From Clostridia bacterium (GTDB lineage: Bacteria; Bacillota; Clostridia; TANB77; RGIG9151), in assembly GCA_017450465.1 (NCBI GenBank), contig JAFSUW010000002.1, positions 1-15,674 on the forward strand: a stretch of 15,674 bases of DNA. Reading direction: 5' to 3'. The notes under the pieces were generated by a model. The model saw only the letters and a program-made list of their open reading frames with translations. It did not search any database and was not told where the DNA came from. Both the position numbers and the translations under genes were made by a program. Positions 14,243 through 15,674 of this stretch are shown in pieces; the first letter of the stretch is position 1; each line of letters begins with the position of its first letter.

Positions 14243-15130
14243 ATGATTCCAGAATTTTTAATAACAAAACTAAAAAATGAATATTGTGATATAGCGGATA
14301 AAATACTTAGTGGTTATATGAATCGTAAAACTACATTAAGGGTTAATACGTTAAAATCCAATTTATCTGAAATAGAAGAGGAATTAAAAAATAGTGCTAT
14401 AGTGTATAAAAACGTAGCTTGGAATAAGGATGCATTAATTATTGAAAATGCAAGCGAAGTAGATATACAAAAGCTTTCCATCTATGAAGATGGAAAAATC
14501 TATTTACAAAGTTTATCTTCAATGATACCGCCTATAATAGTTGACCCAAAGGCAAACGAAACAATACTTGATATGGCAGCTGCTCCAGGTGGTAAAACTA
14601 CGCAGATGGTCAATTTATCGGACAATAAAGCAATGATAACAGCATGTGAGAAAAATAAAATAAGAGCCGAAAAATTAAAGTATAACTTGCTAAAGCAAGG
14701 TGCAAATAGAGTAACAGTAATGATACAAGATGCGCGTAATCTAGACGACTTTTTCTCGTTCGATAAAATATTACTTGATGCACCATGTAGCGGTAGTGGA
14801 ACACTAAATGAGCAAGATAACGTCGAAAAATATTTTACAGAAGAATTGATTGAAAGAAGTGTAAAAACGCAAAAAGAGTTGTTAAAGAAAGCCGTAAGAT
14901 TAGTAAAAAGTGGTGGCACAATAATTTATTCAACGTGCTCGATATTAAAAGAAGAAAATGAAGAAGTAGTAAAAGAAGCATGTAGTAAGTATAAATTAAA
15001 AGTAGAGCCAATAGATTTGAGTGGTTTTAATGAAATTCCACTTTTACCAGTAAGCATAGAAGGCACAATGTGTGTATGCCCAAATGAATTATATGAAGGA
15101 TTTTTTGTGGCAAAATTAAAGAAAATTTAG
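14243..15130 (+). CDS. RsmB/RsmF (NOL1/NOP2/Sun) family SAM-dependent RNA cytosine-C5 methyltransferase; short form without a NusB-like N-domain
   Basis: SAM-binding DMAAAPGGKTTQM, motif IV LLDAPCSGSGT (Pro-Cys) and motif VI GGTIIYSTCS (Thr-Cys) are the two catalytic-cysteine signatures of RNA m5C methyltransferases. RBS AAAGGAG at 14230-14236. Confidence 0.8.
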   Translation: MIPEFLITKLKNEYCDIADKILSGYMNRKTTLRVNTLKSNLSEIEEELKNSAIVYKNVAWNKDALIIENASEVDIQKLSIYEDGKIYLQSLSSMIPPIIVDPKANETILDMAAAPGGKTTQMVNLSDNKAMITACEKNKIRAEKLKYNLLKQGANRVTVMIQDARNLDDFFSFDKILLDAPCSGSGTLNEQDNVEKYFTEELIERSVKTQKELLKKAVRLVKSGGTIIYSTCSILKEENEEVVKEACSKYKLKVEPIDLSGFNEIPLLPVSIEGTMCVCPNELYEGFFVAKLKKI

Positions 15131-15154
15131 TTTGACAAACAATAAATTGTTGCC

Positions 15155-15183
15155 TTGACAATGCCCATATAAAAATGTAATAT
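15155..15183 (+). promoter_or_regulatory. SigA-type promoter for mscL with extended -10
   Basis: Consensus TTGACA (15155-15160), a 17-nt spacer, then TAATAT (15178-15183), preceded by TG (15176-15177). Confidence 0.6.
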
Positions 15184-15218
15184 ATAATCGATTTTTATAA
15201 AAGAAAGGGAGAATTATC

Positions 15219-15674
15219 ATGGGCAAAGAAAAAGCAAAAGGTTTCTTAAAAGAGTTTAAAGAATTTGCAATGAAAGGAAACGTAATTGATTTAGCAGTTG
15301 GTATCATTATTGGTTCTGCATTTACAGCAATTGTAACATCATTTGTAAATGATATAATAATGCCTCTAATTGCAAAACTAACAGGCGGTCTTGATTTTTC
15401 GCAATTATTTATCACATTAGACGGTGCAAAGTATGATAACTTAAAAGCAGCACAAGATGCTGGAGCAGCAGTTTTAGCATATGGTAACTTCATAACAGCA
15501 ATAATCAACTTCTTAATAATAGCACTTGTATTATTTATAGTATTAAAGAAAATACTTATGCCAAAGAAGAAAGAAGAACCAGCACCAGCTACAACAAAGG
15601 AATGCCCTTATTGTAAATCTGAAATAAATATAGAAGCTACAAAATGTCCACATTGTACATCAGAAGTAAAATAA
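15219..15674 (+). CDS. mscL: Large-conductance mechanosensitive channel MscL with a C-terminal CxxC...CxxC zinc-ribbon extension
   Basis: [43 protein letters not shown] is the signature MscL TM1 region. TM2 is [19 protein letters not shown]. The tail is [36 protein letters not shown]. The stop TAA lies at 15672-15674, so the gene is complete. Confidence 0.9.
   Translation: MGKEKAKGFLKEFKEFAMKGNVIDLAVGIIIGSAFTAIVTSFVNDIIMPLIAKLTGGLDFSQLFITLDGAKYDNLKAAQDAGAAVLAYGNFITAIINFLIIALVLFIVLKKILMPKKKEEPAPATTKECPYCKSEINIEATKCPHCTSEVK

Noticed and set aside
825-15508. Nineteen antisense ORFs from the six-frame track: minus-strand 825-1112, 2279-2608, 2743-2934, 4989-5195, 5411-5644, 6547-6822, 7719-7985, 8094-8351, 8735-9205, 9242-9535, 9729-9917, 10442-10651, 10546-10734, 10635-10910, 11627-11932, 14500-14919, 14610-14804 and 15116-15508, plus plus-strand 13756-13956.
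   Set aside because: Each lies wholly or largely antisense to a confidently recognised gene. Each has a low-complexity S/L/F/I-rich translation typical of shadow frames in AT-rich, K/E-rich coding DNA. None has a convincing Shine-Dalgarno, and none shows a recognisable motif.

Overview
This is an AT-rich (roughly one-third G+C by eye) chromosomal segment from a spore-forming, flagellated low-GC Firmicute with Clostridia-like gene content. All assignments come from reading the translated ORFs and the intergenic DNA, since no searches could be run. Gene order on the + strand unless noted: spoIIIAG (5'-truncated), spoIIIAH, a 58-aa Spo0E-like gene missing from the ORF track, rpiB, tagO/wecA-type transferase, mnaA/wecB epimerase, LexA-box-controlled recA-recX plus an unknown 83-aa ORF, scpA-scpB-ytfI(DUF2953)-ytfJ(gerW), a self-contained flagellar hook operon (fliK, flgD, TIGR02530-type protein, flgE), convergent rdgB-cca on the - strand, an RsmB/NOP2-family RNA m5C methyltransferase, and mscL with a C-terminal zinc ribbon. 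I found no rRNA or tRNA genes, CRISPR arrays, transposases, integrases, insertion-sequence ends or recognisable defence or toxin genes. This looks like core genome, and I cannot honestly point to a clear novel multi-gene system. The observations most worth follow-up are these. (1) The hook module is detached from any larger flagellar operon, bounded by terminators and headed by a sigma-28/SigD-like promoter. (2) FlgD carries an unusual C-terminal extension ending in GDGx repeats. (3) An uncharacterised 83-aa ORF appears to be the third cistron of the SOS-controlled recA-recX unit. (4) A perfect 17-bp palindrome sits orphaned upstream of rpiB. (5) The terminator/promoter arrangement just before scpA is odd. 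Several ORF-track starts were revised using Shine-Dalgarno spacing: rpiB, fliK, the TIGR02530-like gene and rdgB.
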